Shown here: positions 10,062 to 19,020 of the stretch, piece after piece | How positions within the stretch are numbered: the first letter of the stretch is position 1 | Layout: every line of letters begins with the position of its first letter | Virus record (IMG/VR): IMGVR_UViG_3300021400_000095 | Direction: 5' to 3' (one strand) | DNA length: 64,000 bases | Source: a virus | Lineage: Duplodnaviria; Caudoviricetes | Made by a program: the position numbers and the translations under genes | The notes under the pieces: model-generated | Databases searched by the model: none | The model's input: the letters and a program-made list of their open reading frames with translations, nothing else | Told to the model about the DNA's origin: nothing

Positions 10062-10547
10062 TTAATATAAATCTTCAGAATATATCATTCTATATTTACA
10101 TTTGTTTCTTTCATCACCACCTCTCCAATGAGGTTCCTGATTTTGAAAGTCTTTCATGTATTCTTCATCACCATTCCAACTATTATTTAAGGCTCTTTTT
10201 TCATCAATTTGCCCACATAATAGTGCCAATTCTGCTGCTTGCCATCTATCAACAAATCTACCATTAGAAGTTAAAAACCCATCAACTTCATCAAAATATG
10301 CTAATGTGTCTTCATATTTTTTAATAACCATTGGGTCCTTTCCATGCCTTTCAGCAAGTTTCTTTGCATTCCATATAGGATTTGTTGCCCTGACATTAAT
10401 GCAATTACCATGCCTCCATTGTCCAATCACAACACCAGAATCAATATTTTGTGCAATCATACCTTTAAGTGATTCAGTATTGTCTTTATACCAAATAGCA
10501 GCAGATAAAATGTATTCCTTAGAATTGTCAATCATTTGATTTAGCAA
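10062..10547 (-). CDS. phage hypothetical protein
   Basis: AAIWY...RH...GFLTSNGRFVDR...YSEDLY pattern. Confidence 0.7.
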   Translation of the reverse strand: MLNQMIDNSKEYILSAAIWYKDNTESLKGMIAQNIDSGVVIGQWRHGNCINVRATNPIWNAKKLAERHGKDPMVIKKYEDTLAYFDEVDGFLTSNGRFVDRWQAAELALLCGQIDEKRALNNSWNGDEEYMKDFQNQEPHWRGGDERNKCKYRMIYSEDLY

Positions 10548-10809
10548 TTAGTTTATATTTATCAATAGCACAAGCAGTTGCTTCAAATCCATTACATTCC
10601 TGCAATGGTGAATTTGTTTTTTCATCAACAAGCAAATTTGAAATATGGTTGTCATCTTTCCATACTTCAAGAACAGTAATTTCTACTGGAGGTAAAGTAT
10701 TACCCCAATTAAGTTGTTCCTTATGTGCATATTCAGTCAGTGACTGATTAATACCAAACTGAAATCCCATTTCATTTGGTTCACTTAGTTTTGGTTTATC
10801 AAAAAACAT
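10528..10809 (-). CDS. hypothetical protein
   Basis: ORF in operon. Confidence 0.6.
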   Translation of the reverse strand: MFFDKPKLSEPNEMGFQFGINQSLTEYAHKEQLNWGNTLPPVEITVLEVWKDDNHISNLLVDEKTNSPLQECNGFEATACAIDKYKLIAKSND

Positions 10810-10822
10810 ATTAATTTATTTT

Positions 10823-11197
10823 TTACATATATTCTCCAATGTCATATCTATATGGCATTTTAAAGATTTCACCATTTTCCCTTTTATAATTTTCATGGCA
10901 AATACCCTCAACCCTAATATATGAATCAGTACAAGGTTGCCATTCACCAAACCTAGAGGATTCTTCCAAACTATCAGCATTGAAAATAACTTTATAAATG
11001 TCAGTCAAATTATTTTTATTGATATAATCAATGCATGTTTGAACTAGAATTTCCTGAAGTTCTTTAATGTGGTCAATTGTAGTTATATTAGGTTTAGGGT
11101 CATCTTCCAATCTTTCAACAATTGGATTTTCCTCCCATTTCTTTTTCAGTTCTTCCATAACCTTGGAAGGCTTTCTTCTTCTTTTTGTTTGTTCCAT
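10823..11197 (-). CDS. hypothetical protein
   Basis: ORF downstream of sigma54-like box. Confidence 0.65.
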   Translation of the reverse strand: MEQTKRRRKPSKVMEELKKKWEENPIVERLEDDPKPNITTIDHIKELQEILVQTCIDYINKNNLTDIYKVIFNADSLEESSRFGEWQPCTDSYIRVEGICHENYKRENGEIFKMPYRYDIGEYM

Positions 11198-11223
11198 ATA
11201 AATTATTATTTTGTTTATATTGT

Positions 11224-11240
11224 ATCAAAAATCATGCCAA
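11224..11240 (-). promoter_or_regulatory. sigma54-like -24/-12 box
   Basis: TTGGCATGATTTTTGAT. Confidence 0.65.
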
Positions 11241-11293
11241 AAAGAAAAAGTCCCCAACAAAAATTGTTAGGGACTACAAAATTTGTTTAACAA

Positions 11294-11689
11294 TTAAAAA
11301 GTGTCACCAGTAATCCTCTTGACATATTCCTTATTGTGGGCTTCACAATTCTCAGCCTTTTCAATAAAGTTTGCCTTAAGTGGTGCAAGACTTTCCATGG
11401 TGTCAATTACAGAATTCCACCTCCTGATAAGTTCATTCTTCACAAGCCTATAGGCCCTACCTTCAGCCTTTGCCCTTGCAACTTGCTTACCCTTCTCCAA
11501 ACTATACTTGTCATCTGGAGAACACTTAGCAACAGCCTTGACATTCATGTAGCAGTTACCAAAAAGTTCATAAAACTTCTCAGGTGCATCAAGGCAAACA
11601 TTAACCTCAGCAGTAACATTGTCACCATTAAAGTAATAATTAGTGTTAAACACAGTCATCTTAACATTACTCTTGTCAAAATTCATCAT
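11294..11689 (-). CDS. phage hypothetical protein
   Basis: AKCSPDDKYSLEKGKQVARAKAE motif; biased codon use. Confidence 0.7.
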   Translation of the reverse strand: MMNFDKSNVKMTVFNTNYYFNGDNVTAEVNVCLDAPEKFYELFGNCYMNVKAVAKCSPDDKYSLEKGKQVARAKAEGRAYRLVKNELIRRWNSVIDTMESLAPLKANFIEKAENCEAHNKEYVKRITGDTF

Positions 11690-11749
11690 AATATAAATGT
11701 TTTAAAAGTTAATAATATTTTTTTTTTCAATTTGTTTTATCTATATCTT

Positions 11750-11766
11750 ATCAAAAATCATGCCAA
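11750..11766 (-). promoter_or_regulatory. sigma54-like -24/-12 box
   Basis: TTGGCATGATTTTTGAT. Confidence 0.65.
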
Positions 11767-11775
11767 AATTTTATT

Positions 11776-12144
11776 TTAAATCAATTTTTCTAAACAATAT
11801 TTAATACCTGCTTCACAAGCTTCTTCATAGGTATCCTGAATAGGAATATTGTCTCCAAACTTTTCAGCACAAGTCCAATCTTCCAGTGTTATGACTGTTG
11901 GGTTCCAATCACCTTCTGATGGGTCAACATCAACATGTAACTTATGTACCTCTCTCAGCCACTTCATTGCCATTTGAAGTGTAGGTGCATCAAGGTATCT
12001 TTCAGGATTTCTTGACCTATCAGTTATATTATAATCACCAACAATTTTATCACTGATAAAAAATTGTTTATCTGTGTTCCAATTAAACCCCTTCTCTTTC
12101 AGGAGTTTAGCTGTTTCAAAACTTACATAATCTTCTGTAATCAT
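11776..12144 (-). CDS. family A cassette protein, copy 1
   Basis: MITEDYVSFETAKLLKEKGF / PTLQMAMKWLRE / YEEACEAxIKYCLExLI. Confidence 0.85.
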   Translation of the reverse strand: MITEDYVSFETAKLLKEKGFNWNTDKQFFISDKIVGDYNITDRSRNPERYLDAPTLQMAMKWLREVHKLHVDVDPSEGDWNPTVITLEDWTCAEKFGDNIPIQDTYEEACEAGIKYCLEKLI

Positions 12145-12147
12145 AAT

Positions 12148-12537
12148 CTAAATCAAATTTTTAAGACAATATTTAATAGCAGCTTCACAGGCTTCCTCAT
12201 AAGAAAAATAGAAGGTTTTATCATTTTCATCACCCTTAGAATCTATATAATCCACTCCATTTTCCAATATCTTTGTGATAATATACATCCACCCTAAAGC
12301 ATTTGCAAAATAAAGCCAATGAATATCAAGATTTATGTGAATATTATAATTTTCCCTCAGCCACTTCATGACCATTTGTAGGGTTGGACAATAAATTGGG
12401 AAAAAGTTGCTTGGAACTACATATGCTGATTCCATTTCTATTCCTTTTTCAGTATAGAATGTGTGCATCTTCCCTTCAAACCCCTTTTCTTTTAAGAGTT
12501 TTGCTGTTTCAAAACTTACATAATCTTCTGTTATCAT
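12148..12537 (-). CDS. family A cassette protein, copy 2
   Basis: Same three blocks; start set at MITED. Confidence 0.85.
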   Translation of the reverse strand: MITEDYVSFETAKLLKEKGFEGKMHTFYTEKGIEMESAYVVPSNFFPIYCPTLQMVMKWLRENYNIHINLDIHWLYFANALGWMYIITKILENGVDYIDSKGDENDKTFYFSYEEACEAAIKYCLKNLI

Positions 12538-12981
12538 AATTAAATCAAATTTTCTATACAATATTTAATAGCAGCTTCACAAGCATCTTTGAACATCCAA
12601 TCAAAAGATGTGTAGTTTTCTCTTTTATATTTCCCATCAAAACCAAGTACAGAGTAGGCATAATGTGGGTTTCCAATAAGGTCAATGCTCATCTTTAACT
12701 CAATGAAAAGTTTATGCATTTCCCACAACCACTTCATTGCCATTTGAAGAGTTGGGCAAGCAATAAGATGCATATCTCCTTCATGCCTCTTATGATATAT
12801 CATTTCTCCCACAACACAACCCCTTGGTTTGCCATCCCCAACAAAATAGTTTACAGATGTATTTTCATCAAACCCCTTCTCTTTTAATAGTTTTGCTGTT
12901 TCAAAGCCAACATAATCTTCAGTTATCATAATTAAATCAAATTTTCTATACAATATTTAATAGCAGCTTCACAAGCATCTT
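12530..12981. repeat. 60-bp perfect direct repeat spanning gene junctions (12530-12589, 12922-12981)
   Basis: gttatcataattaaatcaaattttctatacaatatttaatagcagcttcacaagcatctt twice. Confidence 0.9.
12540..12929 (-). CDS. family A cassette protein, copy 3
   Basis: Same three blocks; start set at MITED. Confidence 0.85.
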   Translation of the reverse strand: MITEDYVGFETAKLLKEKGFDENTSVNYFVGDGKPRGCVVGEMIYHKRHEGDMHLIACPTLQMAMKWLWEMHKLFIELKMSIDLIGNPHYAYSVLGFDGKYKRENYTSFDWMFKDACEAAIKYCIENLI

Positions 12982-13306
12982 CATAAGTTATATAACCATC
13001 ATCTTTTGATACCACAAAATTACCATCTTTATATACATCAAATTGGTAATTATCACAAGAATAATCCCCATAAGGATAGATAGCAACATGAATCTTATGT
13101 ACTTCCCTCAACCACTTCATAGCCAATTGAAGAGAGCATACTGCTATAACTTCATCATCAGAATTGTACCCATATCCAGTTCCTGGATTAAGTCTTTTGA
13201 ATATGCCATTTATATATACACCTCTGAATGAATCATATGGAATAATAAATCCTTTCTCTGTTAGGAGTTTGGCTATCTCATAACTAATGTAATCTTCTGT
13301 AACCAT
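12932..13306 (-). CDS. family A cassette protein, copy 4
   Basis: MVTEDYISYEIAKLL / SLQLAMKWLRE / YEDACEAAIKYCIENLI. Confidence 0.85.
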   Translation of the reverse strand: MVTEDYISYEIAKLLTEKGFIIPYDSFRGVYINGIFKRLNPGTGYGYNSDDEVIAVCSLQLAMKWLREVHKIHVAIYPYGDYSCDNYQFDVYKDGNFVVSKDDGYITYEDACEAAIKYCIENLI

Positions 13307-13308
13307 AA

Positions 13309-13701
13309 TCAAATCAAATTTTCAAGACAATATTTTATTGCAGATTCTGCTGCTTCTTCATAGGAAGTATAGTATTCTCTTACATAATCATCTGGTAACA
13401 TATTCTTTCCAGAAGTAGTATAATCTAAAGACATATAATAAATCTGAAAATATATGGTAGTGTGTGGTTGGAGCAAAAGGGATGTTGCATATTGGATTTC
13501 AACAAACAAATTATGTTCCTCTCTTAACCACTTCATTGCCATTTGGAGTGTTGGGGCAGATATATAATCCTTACCCCTATGGTTATATGTACAATACCCC
13601 CAATATTCACCATTGCTACTGTAATATCCACAATACTCATCAAACCCTTTCTCTTTCAATAGTTTGGCAGTTTCAAAACTTATATAATCTTCAGTAATCA
13701 T
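13309..13701 (-). CDS. family A cassette protein, copy 5
   Basis: Same three blocks. Confidence 0.85.
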   Translation of the reverse strand: MITEDYISFETAKLLKEKGFDEYCGYYSSNGEYWGYCTYNHRGKDYISAPTLQMAMKWLREEHNLFVEIQYATSLLLQPHTTIYFQIYYMSLDYTTSGKNMLPDDYVREYYTSYEEAAESAIKYCLENLI

Positions 13702-13826
13702 ATCTGTTCTTCTTTATACATTTCTTTATATGCTTTATATATGGTGCATGTCTTACATTTCTCTTTTATTGGATTACATCTTACATTACACCAATATTTT
13801 GCCATTATATATTCTGCTTTTGTCAT
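13698..13826 (-). CDS. 42-aa four-Cys microprotein inside the family A array
   Basis: MTKAEYIMAKYWCNVRCNPIKEKCKTCTIYK...; stop overlaps next ATG (ATGA). Confidence 0.6.
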   Translation of the reverse strand: MTKAEYIMAKYWCNVRCNPIKEKCKTCTIYKAYKEMYKEEQI

Positions 13827-13828
13827 AT

Positions 13829-14275
13829 CTAAATCAAATTTTCTAGACAATATTTAATAGCTGCTTCACAGGCTTGTTCATAAGTAAGAAATAGTTCTTT
13901 ACTCATTTTTGAATAAGTGTCATCCATCAAACTCTCCACAAACCAATTATATCCAACAACAGCAGGTTCCCAATCACCATATTGTACCTCAACATCTTTC
14001 CATACACCAAGGGCATAAATGTTGAGACCTTGTACATCCCTCAACCACTTCATTGCCATTTGAAGGGTTGGTGCAGAAATCATAATTGGACTCCATTCAC
14101 ATTCTGAATTAGTGTAAGCAAGTATCTGCTCACCATATCCTTCACTACAAAAAATTCCAAGTGAAGATACAAGCTGTAACTCTCCATCATGATAGACAGA
14201 AATACATCTTTCATTAAACCCCTTTTCTTTCAAAAGTTTTGCTGTTTCAAAACTTACATAATCTTCAGTAATCAT
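13829..14275 (-). CDS. family A cassette protein, copy 6
   Basis: Same three blocks; start set at MITED. Confidence 0.85.
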   Translation of the reverse strand: MITEDYVSFETAKLLKEKGFNERCISVYHDGELQLVSSLGIFCSEGYGEQILAYTNSECEWSPIMISAPTLQMAMKWLRDVQGLNIYALGVWKDVEVQYGDWEPAVVGYNWFVESLMDDTYSKMSKELFLTYEQACEAAIKYCLENLI

Positions 14276-14301
14276 ACAAATCTTATTAGTAAAAACACAA
14301 A

Positions 14302-14514
14302 CTAAACAATAAATAAAAGTGGAAATGTGTACAAAAACAGTATTAATACAGACTCTGCTGCATCTTTCCATGTCTCTTTTATTCTTTTTTTTTGAGATGT
14401 TCCTTTTATCCAACAGGTATCATCTTTTACATCTTTAAAATAATGTATAAATGTAGCAATAAAAAAAACCAATAATAAAACAAAATATAACAAAGCAAAA
14501 TGCCAAAAATTCAT
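14302..14514 (-). CDS. small two-TM membrane protein
   Basis: Two hydrophobic stretches. Confidence 0.6.
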   Translation of the reverse strand: MNFWHFALLYFVLLLVFFIATFIHYFKDVKDDTCWIKGTSQKKRIKETWKDAAESVLILFLYTFPLLFIV

Positions 14515-14517
14515 ATC

Positions 14518-14937
14518 TTATTCAGTTTTATACATTCCTTCTGGTGCTTCTATAGCAAGTCCTTTTTCAATTAAACCTCTATAATCAAAACCTTTCTTGT
14601 TAAGCCAGTCAATTGCATGTGAAAAACACAAAGCAGTTGTTTCCAACATTTTTGTGTGTTTCATTTCACAAATTTCAAGGTAATCAATGTTTTTACATTG
14701 ATGATACTCATATTCCTCATCTGCTGTCATACTTGACATTGGCCTGAGATAAGGCTTGAAATAATTTACTTCTATCCAACTCACATCACCATTATGCTCA
14801 ATTGCAATATCATCTGCAACAAAATTAGCATGTCCTTTAAGTTGAACAGTACCAAAGCCATCAATAAACCCTTTAACTCCATAAGGCAATCTTGCACAAA
14901 GGTCTTTAAGCAATAATTGTTTTTCTTCTTTTGTCAT
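14518..14937 (-). CDS. family B cassette protein, copy 1
   Basis: MTxEEKQLLLKDLCARLPYG / KPYLRPMSSMT / FDYRGLIEKGLAIEAPEGMYKTE. Confidence 0.85.
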   Translation of the reverse strand: MTKEEKQLLLKDLCARLPYGVKGFIDGFGTVQLKGHANFVADDIAIEHNGDVSWIEVNYFKPYLRPMSSMTADEEYEYHQCKNIDYLEICEMKHTKMLETTALCFSHAIDWLNKKGFDYRGLIEKGLAIEAPEGMYKTE

Positions 14938-14938
14938 A

Positions 14939-15339
14939 TTAATCTTTTAACAAATTTAAAACCTCTTCAATTTTTTCTCTTTGTTTCTTGCAATACATTT
15001 CTATATAGTCAAGTTCACCAAGTATTTGTTTGACCAACTGTTGTAACAAAATTTCATATAAAATCTGCAAGGAAACTAATGAATCTTCAGTTCATTGGAG
15101 GAATTGCTACTATATTTTTTACAAAAATACTAATAATATTTTAAATTTTATAATATTTTATTGATTTTTTTAATATTTATACTATTTATATATAAAACAA
15201 ATAATATTTAAAAAGTAAATCAAAGGCAATCAATGTCAATGATGTAAGAGCATTAGTAAACATGCCTTGCCCAAAGGTTTGTCCTTGGTCAAAAGTCCAC
15301 AAATCTTTAGTTTGTGGGTAGTTTACTTTCCTGTGTCAT
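14939..15339 (-). pseudogene. 47-aa ORF interrupted by IS605-like mini-element
   Basis: Removing 15070-15326 gives MTQEMQILYEILLQQLVKQ...NLLKD-stop abutting the next ATG. Confidence 0.6.
15070..15326 (+). mobile_element. non-autonomous IS200/IS605-like element, no transposase or TnpB
   Basis: Left hairpin CTAATGAA-TCTTCAG-TTCATTGG; right hairpin TCCACAAA-TCTTTAG-TTTGTGGG then TAGTTTAC; left boundary +/-2 nt. Confidence 0.7.
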
Positions 15340-15346
15340 ATCTAAA

Positions 15347-15655
15347 TTATACTATTTTTCCTGTTAATTCAAATATTTTATTCTTTTGTTCTTCAGTTGG
15401 GTTATGCCCTTTTTCTATCACCCAACCAATATCATCATAACCACCTGTTGCATAATTAATTAATGTTGTATATCTCACCCATCCAAGTGATTCAAGTGCT
15501 GCTGTTAAAGAACCATGCATTCTATCAAGTTCATCTATTTCCTCAATATCAAGACCTAACTTTTCTTCCATGATTCTCCAAGCATCTTGCCCATGATTCC
15601 ACTTTCCAGAGCAATAAATTACTTCACCATAAGGAGATAACCAACAATCTTTCAT
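15347..15655 (-). CDS. phage hypothetical protein
   Basis: WLSPxG...H...LESLGWVR pattern. Confidence 0.7.
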   Translation of the reverse strand: MKDCWLSPYGEVIYCSGKWNHGQDAWRIMEEKLGLDIEEIDELDRMHGSLTAALESLGWVRYTTLINYATGGYDDIGWVIEKGHNPTEEQKNKIFELTGKIV

Positions 15656-15685
15656 TATTATTTCAATTTACTTTGTTCATTTATC

Positions 15686-15702
15686 TACAAATTTCATGCC
15701 AA
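15686..15702 (-). promoter_or_regulatory. sigma54-like -24/-12 box
   Basis: TTGGCATGAAATTTGTA. Confidence 0.55.
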
Positions 15703-15706
15703 AGAT

Positions 15707-16057
15707 TTATTCTTTTTTAACAAAATTATTGTTTTCATACATTGAAACAATCATGTCAAGACATGTCGTTGGTGGAATATAACCTTTAACCTCAATCTCA
15801 TCCTTATACAAATCAAATATAACCATAAGGAGAAAATGACAATATATATAATTTTTTTTCTTTGATTCTTTTGCCATTTCAATAAGAAAGGGCATTATTT
15901 CTTTGCCAAGTGCCACAACATTTTTAACATGTACATCATCATTATTAATAATAGAGTTAAACCTATTTTCTTCAAACCATTTCTGTGCTTCATCAATTAT
16001 ATATTGTTCAGTATCAGTTTTTGGTTTTAATATAAGTGGATATGTTTCTGGTAGCAT
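15707..16057 (-). CDS. hypothetical protein
   Basis: ORF in operon. Confidence 0.6.
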   Translation of the reverse strand: MLPETYPLILKPKTDTEQYIIDEAQKWFEENRFNSIINNDDVHVKNVVALGKEIMPFLIEMAKESKKKNYIYCHFLLMVIFDLYKDEIEVKGYIPPTTCLDMIVSMYENNNFVKKE

Positions 16058-16489
16058 TTAATCAATATATTTATCTTCTATTATTTTTTTAACAATATTA
16101 TACATTGCAAGTTCAAATGATGAAAACCATTCTTGGTCATCAAATAATAAATCAAAAGATGCATTATCCACATTAATCTTATATACTTTATAAAAATAAG
16201 CAACATTGCTGTTAAGTGCAAATGTAAAACATGGATTTAATTCAATAACAATTCCTTTTTCAAACAACCAATCAATTACTTCAGCATATGATGGTGCAAA
16301 ATAATATCTTCCATGAACAGTATCACCATCATCAATCAAATCACCTTCCTTGTATTTGCCAGAACCTAAGTAATTATCCCAAGTTACTTCAACATCACCA
16401 GCAGCATATTTGTTATCAGTAAAATCTGCATATACTCTATTGTTTAAGAGTTTAGCAAGTTTAAAATCAATAGTGTTACAAAGATTCAT
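16058..16489 (-). CDS. divergent family A-like protein
   Basis: IDFKLAKLL / APSYAEVIDWLFEKGI / SFELA align with family A blocks. Confidence 0.6.
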   Translation of the reverse strand: MNLCNTIDFKLAKLLNNRVYADFTDNKYAAGDVEVTWDNYLGSGKYKEGDLIDDGDTVHGRYYFAPSYAEVIDWLFEKGIVIELNPCFTFALNSNVAYFYKVYKINVDNASFDLLFDDQEWFSSFELAMYNIVKKIIEDKYID

Positions 16490-16518
16490 GTTTAATATTA
16501 TTTAATTCTTTATTTATG

Positions 16519-17505
16519 TTATTGTTTATATGTTTGTTTTGAAATATCTATGTCTTTATTTATTAAGTCAGTTTTATTAACATTAATGATTTTCATTTTG
16601 TTATTAAAATAATATCTCTTATCAACAAAATGCTTTTTATATTCAATTCTTTTTAAGACATTTTTTATTTTTCTTCCAACAGTTGATTTTAAGTTTTTAA
16701 GTGCTTCTTCACAATCAAGTTCATTTTCAAATACCAATAGTTTCCCATTATATGTACAATTAAACCAACCATCAAATATATTATCATTAACATTTGATAT
16801 TGTTGCATTTATTGCATATAATCTATTTTCTTTTCTTTCTTCATCTTCTTTCTTATATTTTTCAATAAGTTGTGGAATTAATGCATCTTGAATGGCCTTT
16901 AATTTCTCTCTATCTTCTTCTTTCTTTAAAAATCTTGGCTCAAACTTAAACCTGAACCCCTTTTCTCCTGGTCTGTTGTACCACCCACATGCATCATTAG
17001 TTTTCTGTAAATCTCCATTATAATATTTATATGTTAAAAGACTTTCCCAATATTGGTCTTGTATTAACCAATCTTCTTTATCTTCTGGTTTAAGATATGC
17101 TGTTATAGAAAATGCAAGGCCAAAAAATACAATTGTAAAATGAGCAGGAAATTCATATCTAAAATCATCATCTGCCCATTTTGTCTTATACATTATATCA
17201 TCATTATACCAATGAAAAGCCAACCATATTGGAAGTTGCCAAACTGGTTTTTTTATTATCTTTGAAAGAATTGGATGATTTTTCTTTCCAAGTTCATTCC
17301 ATTCAACAGATTCAAGTTTAGCCCAATTCCACTTTTCAGTTATTTCACCATATTTTCCAAACCTAATTTGTGGTCCTCTTCTCCATACAGGAAGATTTGG
17401 CTCCTTTTTCCATGAGCCAAAATACCATCTGAATTTTGGTTTTATGAATATATTTTTAACACTTTTCCAAGTGTCTAAGAAATGATGTTTATATTTATTT
17501 CTCAT
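16519..17505 (-). CDS. Trp/Lys-rich hypothetical protein
   Basis: 328-aa ORF. Confidence 0.7.
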   Translation of the reverse strand: MRNKYKHHFLDTWKSVKNIFIKPKFRWYFGSWKKEPNLPVWRRGPQIRFGKYGEITEKWNWAKLESVEWNELGKKNHPILSKIIKKPVWQLPIWLAFHWYNDDIMYKTKWADDDFRYEFPAHFTIVFFGLAFSITAYLKPEDKEDWLIQDQYWESLLTYKYYNGDLQKTNDACGWYNRPGEKGFRFKFEPRFLKKEEDREKLKAIQDALIPQLIEKYKKEDEERKENRLYAINATISNVNDNIFDGWFNCTYNGKLLVFENELDCEEALKNLKSTVGRKIKNVLKRIEYKKHFVDKRYYFNNKMKIINVNKTDLINKDIDISKQTYKQ

Positions 17506-18231
17506 TTAAAATACCTCCCTATTTCCAAATTTATAAACAATTTCACCAAATCCTTCCTTTCTCCTTCTAAGTTCATTCAAGGTATCAGCACAAGGATTCA
17601 TATAACATTCAAATTCCATTGGAAATGAAAATCTCTTTAATCTGTCAGGATTATTATAATCAAGATTATTGGTCTTAATTAATGATGTATAATATTCATT
17701 ATCTGGATTATTCAAATCAACATCATCTGATGTTGCCTTTCCAACAATATCACCATTTCTATTAACATAATATGGTGGATTATCAGGGTCTTTAATCAAA
17801 ACACTATCTTGATTATACTTTCCACATAATTGAATTGCCAAAAGTTTTAATTTTGAAAAATCATCTATTTCTCCTGTTTTCTTCAAATGATTAAAGATAA
17901 TAAATGATGGTTCATAACTATCAACAATACCATCAGTACCATGATAGCCACCATATACAGGGAAATAACCATAGTCACAAGCCTTTAAATCATTAATAAG
18001 GCTTTTTGTGTTCTTATTATTAACATCATTAGGCTGGCCAGTTCTATTGGCTGAAACAATTACATAACCATCATTTCCATGCTTGTTAATAATTCTTGAC
18101 AATGTTTCCTCATTGAGTTTTTGCAAAGGATATTCATTGTCAATATTATATAATTCCTTGAAAATGGTTCTTCCATCAACTGCTTCACCAATTCTTTCCA
18201 TTAAATTCTTTATTTCATTTAAATGTCCCAT
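17506..18231 (-). CDS. phage hypothetical protein
   Basis: IVSANR...YGGY...ExSF...KYNQDSVL pattern. Confidence 0.7.
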   Translation of the reverse strand: MGHLNEIKNLMERIGEAVDGRTIFKELYNIDNEYPLQKLNEETLSRIINKHGNDGYVIVSANRTGQPNDVNNKNTKSLINDLKACDYGYFPVYGGYHGTDGIVDSYEPSFIIFNHLKKTGEIDDFSKLKLLAIQLCGKYNQDSVLIKDPDNPPYYVNRNGDIVGKATSDDVDLNNPDNEYYTSLIKTNNLDYNNPDRLKRFSFPMEFECYMNPCADTLNELRRRKEGFGEIVYKFGNREVF

Positions 18232-18245
18232 ATATTTTAATTTAA

Positions 18246-19019
18246 TTAGTTTTTATCTCTCCAAAAGCAATAAAGACAATTATTTCCACAAGGTTTTGGT
18301 TTGTCTTTAATTAATTCTGTTTTATTTTTTGCACATCCACAATGTGTTCTTGCCTCCTTGTTGCCTTCAAGTTTTATTTTATCAGTTAAACCAAGAATAT
18401 CAACATCAATTTGTGATAAACATGGTGTTGTCTTAAATGTCATTCTACTGAAGTCATAATTATATGTGATAGGTGGTTCACCACACATTTCAAGTTGCAA
18501 ACCATATTCATCACAAACTCTTCTTACTTCACTAAATGACTTTTTAATCATTTCCTTATCAGCATGAAATGTTTCATATGGTAATTCAATGTTTTCAGCA
18601 TGAAACCTTTCTTTAACATGATTATACATATCAAGAAAAGAAATTCTTATTCTTTTAAAACCAAGTGCTGAAAATAATTCAATTACATCAGTTGCTGTTT
18701 TTGTTCCTTTTTCAGTTGGAACAATGGGGTCAACTCTTAATACCATTTGTTCAACAGGAAATCCTTTTTCAATTAATTTTTTACATTGATTAAATGACCA
18801 TTCCTTTTTAGGTACAAGTGGTTCTATTTTACTGCCACCCATGCCAGTCACAGTGCAATGTAATATACATTTATCTTTATTTTCAACAAGTTTATCAATA
18901 AGTTTATCAGTCAATCTTTTTGTAATAATCAGATTTCCATCATATAACCTATCAAATATTTCAAGATGAAAGCATGGGTCTGATATTTCTGTTGTTCCAA
19001 ATTTTACAATATCACTCAT
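18246..19019 (-). CDS. DUF1848-like (radical SAM / SPL-related) Fe-S protein
   Basis: IITK, LRVDPI, ISFLD, CGE, C-terminal CGC...CGNNCLYCFW. Confidence 0.75.
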   Translation of the reverse strand: MSDIVKFGTTEISDPCFHLEIFDRLYDGNLIITKRLTDKLIDKLVENKDKCILHCTVTGMGGSKIEPLVPKKEWSFNQCKKLIEKGFPVEQMVLRVDPIVPTEKGTKTATDVIELFSALGFKRIRISFLDMYNHVKERFHAENIELPYETFHADKEMIKKSFSEVRRVCDEYGLQLEMCGEPPITYNYDFSRMTFKTTPCLSQIDVDILGLTDKIKLEGNKEARTHCGCAKNKTELIKDKPKPCGNNCLYCFWRDKN

Positions 19020-19020
19020 A

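Noticed and set aside
12538-12953. Identical MYRKFDLI N-terminal extensions on two ORFs
   Set aside because: Artefact of the 60-bp junction repeat read in the downstream frame; starts are at MITED.
11776-14275. CRISPR array
   Set aside because: Repeats are coding, degenerate and about 390 bp apart; no cas genes seen.
14491-14507. Additional TTGGCA...TTG box
   Set aside because: Lies inside a coding region (FWHFAL) rather than at a gene boundary.
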